DNA of 64,000 bases from an uncultured Methanoregulaceae archaeon (GTDB taxonomy: Archaea; Halobacteriota; Methanomicrobia; Methanomicrobiales; Methanospirillaceae). The notes beneath the pieces are model-generated. The model ran no database searches and was not told the DNA's origin. It saw only the letters and a program-made list of their open reading frames with translations. Each line of letters starts with the position of its first letter. Position 1 is the first letter of the stretch. The translations under genes and the position numbers were made by a program. Location: the NCBI GenBank assembly GCA_963701095.1, contig OY969564.1:1504001-1568000 (forward strand), given 5' to 3'. Shown here piece by piece: positions 62,003-64,000 of this stretch.

Positions 62003-64000
62003 TCATGAATTCTGAACAGGAACAAAACTATTCCCGGTATGTATCGGCAAAGTCCTGGGAAGCTCGATACCGAGTGCCTCTTTGAGGACTTCTTCAACTG
62101 TTTCGACCGGAACAAATGTCAGTTCACCGCGGACGTCCTGTGGTACGTCCTGGAGATCGCGTTCGTTTTCTTTTGGAAGAATGACTTTTTTGATCCCCGC
62201 CCGGTGTGCAGCAAGAATCTTCTCCTTTATTCCTCCAACCGGGAGTACCACACCACTCAGAGTAATTTCGCCAGTCATCGCAAGGTCGGAGCCTACGGTT
62301 TTCCCGGTAATCAGTGATGCGAGTGCCGAAAATATCGTCACCCCTGCCGAGGGGCCGTCCTTTGGTGTCGCACCAGCGGGCACGTGGATGTGGATGTCAC
62401 TTGTGATAAAGTTAAATCCATTCTGAGTTCCGGCAAGCCGGGATCGGATGAGGCTTGACGAAATCGTCGCCGATTCCTTCATCACATCCCCAAGCTGGCC
62501 GGTAAGGGTGAGCTTGCCAGTACCGGGCATAAACGTCCCTTCGATAAAGAGTATCTCCCCACCGACAGGTGTCCAGGCAAGGCCGGTAACTACCCCGGGA
62601 ACCGGTTCTTTCCGTGCCACTTCCTGCCGGATCTGCTCCTTACCAAGGATCGTTAAAAGATTATCAGGAGTAACTACGAGCGGCAGCTCAGCGGTACCGG
62701 AGACAATCTTTTCGGATACGTGCCGGGCGATTTTTGCGAGCTGCTTCTTGAGCCACCGGACACCAGCTTCACGAGTGTATTTTTCGATGATCAGCTTCAG
62801 GGCATCATCTTCGAATTGGAGTTTGTCCTCATCAAGGCCATGTTCCTTTAAAACCTCTGGGATAAGGTGGTCTTTAGCAATGGCAAACTTCTCGCTTTTT
62901 GTGTAGCCGGAGATCTCAATCATTTCCATACGATCGAGAAGCGGCGCCGGAATCGTAGATAGGGAATTCGCCGTCGCTATGAAGAGAACATCCGAGAGAT
63001 CGTACGGCACTTCGAGGTAATGATCCGAGAATGTACTGTTTTGTTCCGGGTCAAGTACCTCGAGGAGTGCACTTGCCGGGTCACCCGCATATGACGATGA
63101 AATCTTGTCTATCTCATCGAGTATAAAAACCGGATTCTTCGTTCCGGCTTTATGGATTCCCTGGATAATCCTTCCAGGCAGAGCCCCGACATAGGTCCTC
63201 CGGTGTCCCCGGATCTCTGCCTCGTCCCGAACTCCACCAAGGCTGATCCTTACGTATTTCCTTCCGAGCGCCTCCGCAATACTTTTTCCAAGACTCGTTT
63301 TTCCGGTGCCGGGTGGGCCTGCAAAGAGCAGGATTGAACCTTGTTTTTCCTGACGGAGTTTCATGACCGCAAGGTGCTGGACAATACGCTCCTTGACTTT
63401 TTCAAGTCCGTTGTGATGGTTGTCGAGGACACGGCGGGCCTGAACGATATCAATGTTCTTTTTCTCTTCAGTGACCCACGGTAGGTCGAGCATGAGATCG
63501 AGATAATTCCGGATTACTGAACTTTCATGGTTCTGGCTGCCGCCGGTCTCAAGTTTCTTCACTTCAGCGAGGGCTTTTTTCCGAACATCATCGGGCATCT
63601 TCGAAGCTTCGACTCGTTCCCGGTAACCCTCATCACCGGATGTGCCTGAGCTTGCATTAAGTTCCTCCTGGATAACCTTCATCTGCTCTCTGAGCATCGC
63701 TTCCCGGTTTGATTTGCTTACCCTGTCAGAGACTTTTTCTGCCATCTCAATCCGGATCCTGATGTTCTCCCGCGTTTTGATGAGAAGCTCAAGGAACGTG
63801 ATGTACCGCTGTCTTACAGAGACGATCTCAAGTAACTCCTGTTTCTCGGCAATATTGATCGGAAGGAAAGGCATTACAAAGCCAATGATCCTGTCTATAG
63901 ATTCCATCTTGTCGATGGGGCGGGTGAACTGTTCGGACCCGGAAAAGCGGCGGCTGATCTCGTGGATAGTGCTTTTTACATCGGTAAGGATCCGGGCCTG
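62003..64000 (-). CDS. lon: ATP-dependent Lon protease, bacterial LonA type (5' end beyond window)
   Basis: [34 protein letters not shown] and PVGGIKEK. Confidence 0.96.
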   Translation of the reverse strand, partial: QARILTDVKSTIHEISRRFSGSEQFTRPIDKMESIDRIIGFVMPFLPINIAEKQELLEIVSVRQRYITFLELLIKTRENIRIRIEMAEKVSDRVSKSNREAMLREQMKVIQEELNASSGTSGDEGYRERVEASKMPDDVRKKALAEVKKLETGGSQNHESSVIRNYLDLMLDLPWVTEEKKNIDIVQARRVLDNHHNGLEKVKERIVQHLAVMKLRQEKQGSILLFAGPPGTGKTSLGKSIAEALGRKYVRISLGGVRDEAEIRGHRRTYVGALPGRIIQGIHKAGTKNPVFILDEIDKISSSYAGDPASALLEVLDPEQNSTFSDHYLEVPYDLSDVLFIATANSLSTIPAPLLDRMEMIEISGYTKSEKFAIAKDHLIPEVLKEHGLDEDKLQFEDDALKLIIEKYTREAGVRWLKKQLAKIARHVSEKIVSGTAELPLVVTPDNLLTILGKEQIRQEVARKEPVPGVVTGLAWTPVGGEILFIEGTFMPGTGKLTLTGQLGDVMKESATISSSLIRSRLAGTQNGFNFITSDIHIHVPAGATPKDGPSAGVTIFSALASLITGKTVGSDLAMTGEITLSGVVLPVGGIKEKILAAHRAGIKKVILPKENERDLQDVPQDVRGELTFVPVETVEEVLKEALGIELPRTLPIHTGNSFVPVQNS

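Overview
Core-chromosome segment of a methanogenic archaeon. Gene content and order point to Methanomicrobiales, probably Methanoregula-like; this is inferred from recalled families, with no database search. Translation/transcription: the conserved eIF2gamma-PIN-rpoE1-spt4-DUF359-S24e-S27ae-Kae1/Bud32-RdgB-L40e cluster, a tRNA-Gly/tRNA-Val pair, truA and tiaS. Metabolism: trpEGDCFBA, cobalamin/F430-related genes (CbiA/CfbB family, CbiZ), ribL, RbkR-ribB, dhs-pyrF, a four-subunit 2-oxoacid:ferredoxin oxidoreductase and the HMG-CoA synthase/thiolase/DUF35 cluster. Other: a KhtT/KhtU-type K+/H+ antiporter, thermosome, RPA and a bacterial-type Lon. No CRISPR array, rRNA or intact mobile element was seen. 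About 16 genes carry single-base frameshifts, including housekeeping genes; these are best read as consensus errors, and 7 sit in or beside AGCT, which suggests a methylated motif. Most notable unexplained elements: (1) a tightly coupled operon at 45.9-48.0 kb with a CDC48/NSF-N-like double-psi barrel protein, four small coiled-coil proteins (three clear paralogs, two membrane-anchored) and an 8-Cys Zn finger next to DedA; (2) a stand-alone NrdD-type glycyl-radical domain that shares a promoter motif with the RPA operon; (3) a TRP-box plus Trp-codon uORF leader before trpE; (4) a CC1-like chromatin protein; (5) a nuclease-less, catalytically degenerate Type IIG-like methyltransferase.
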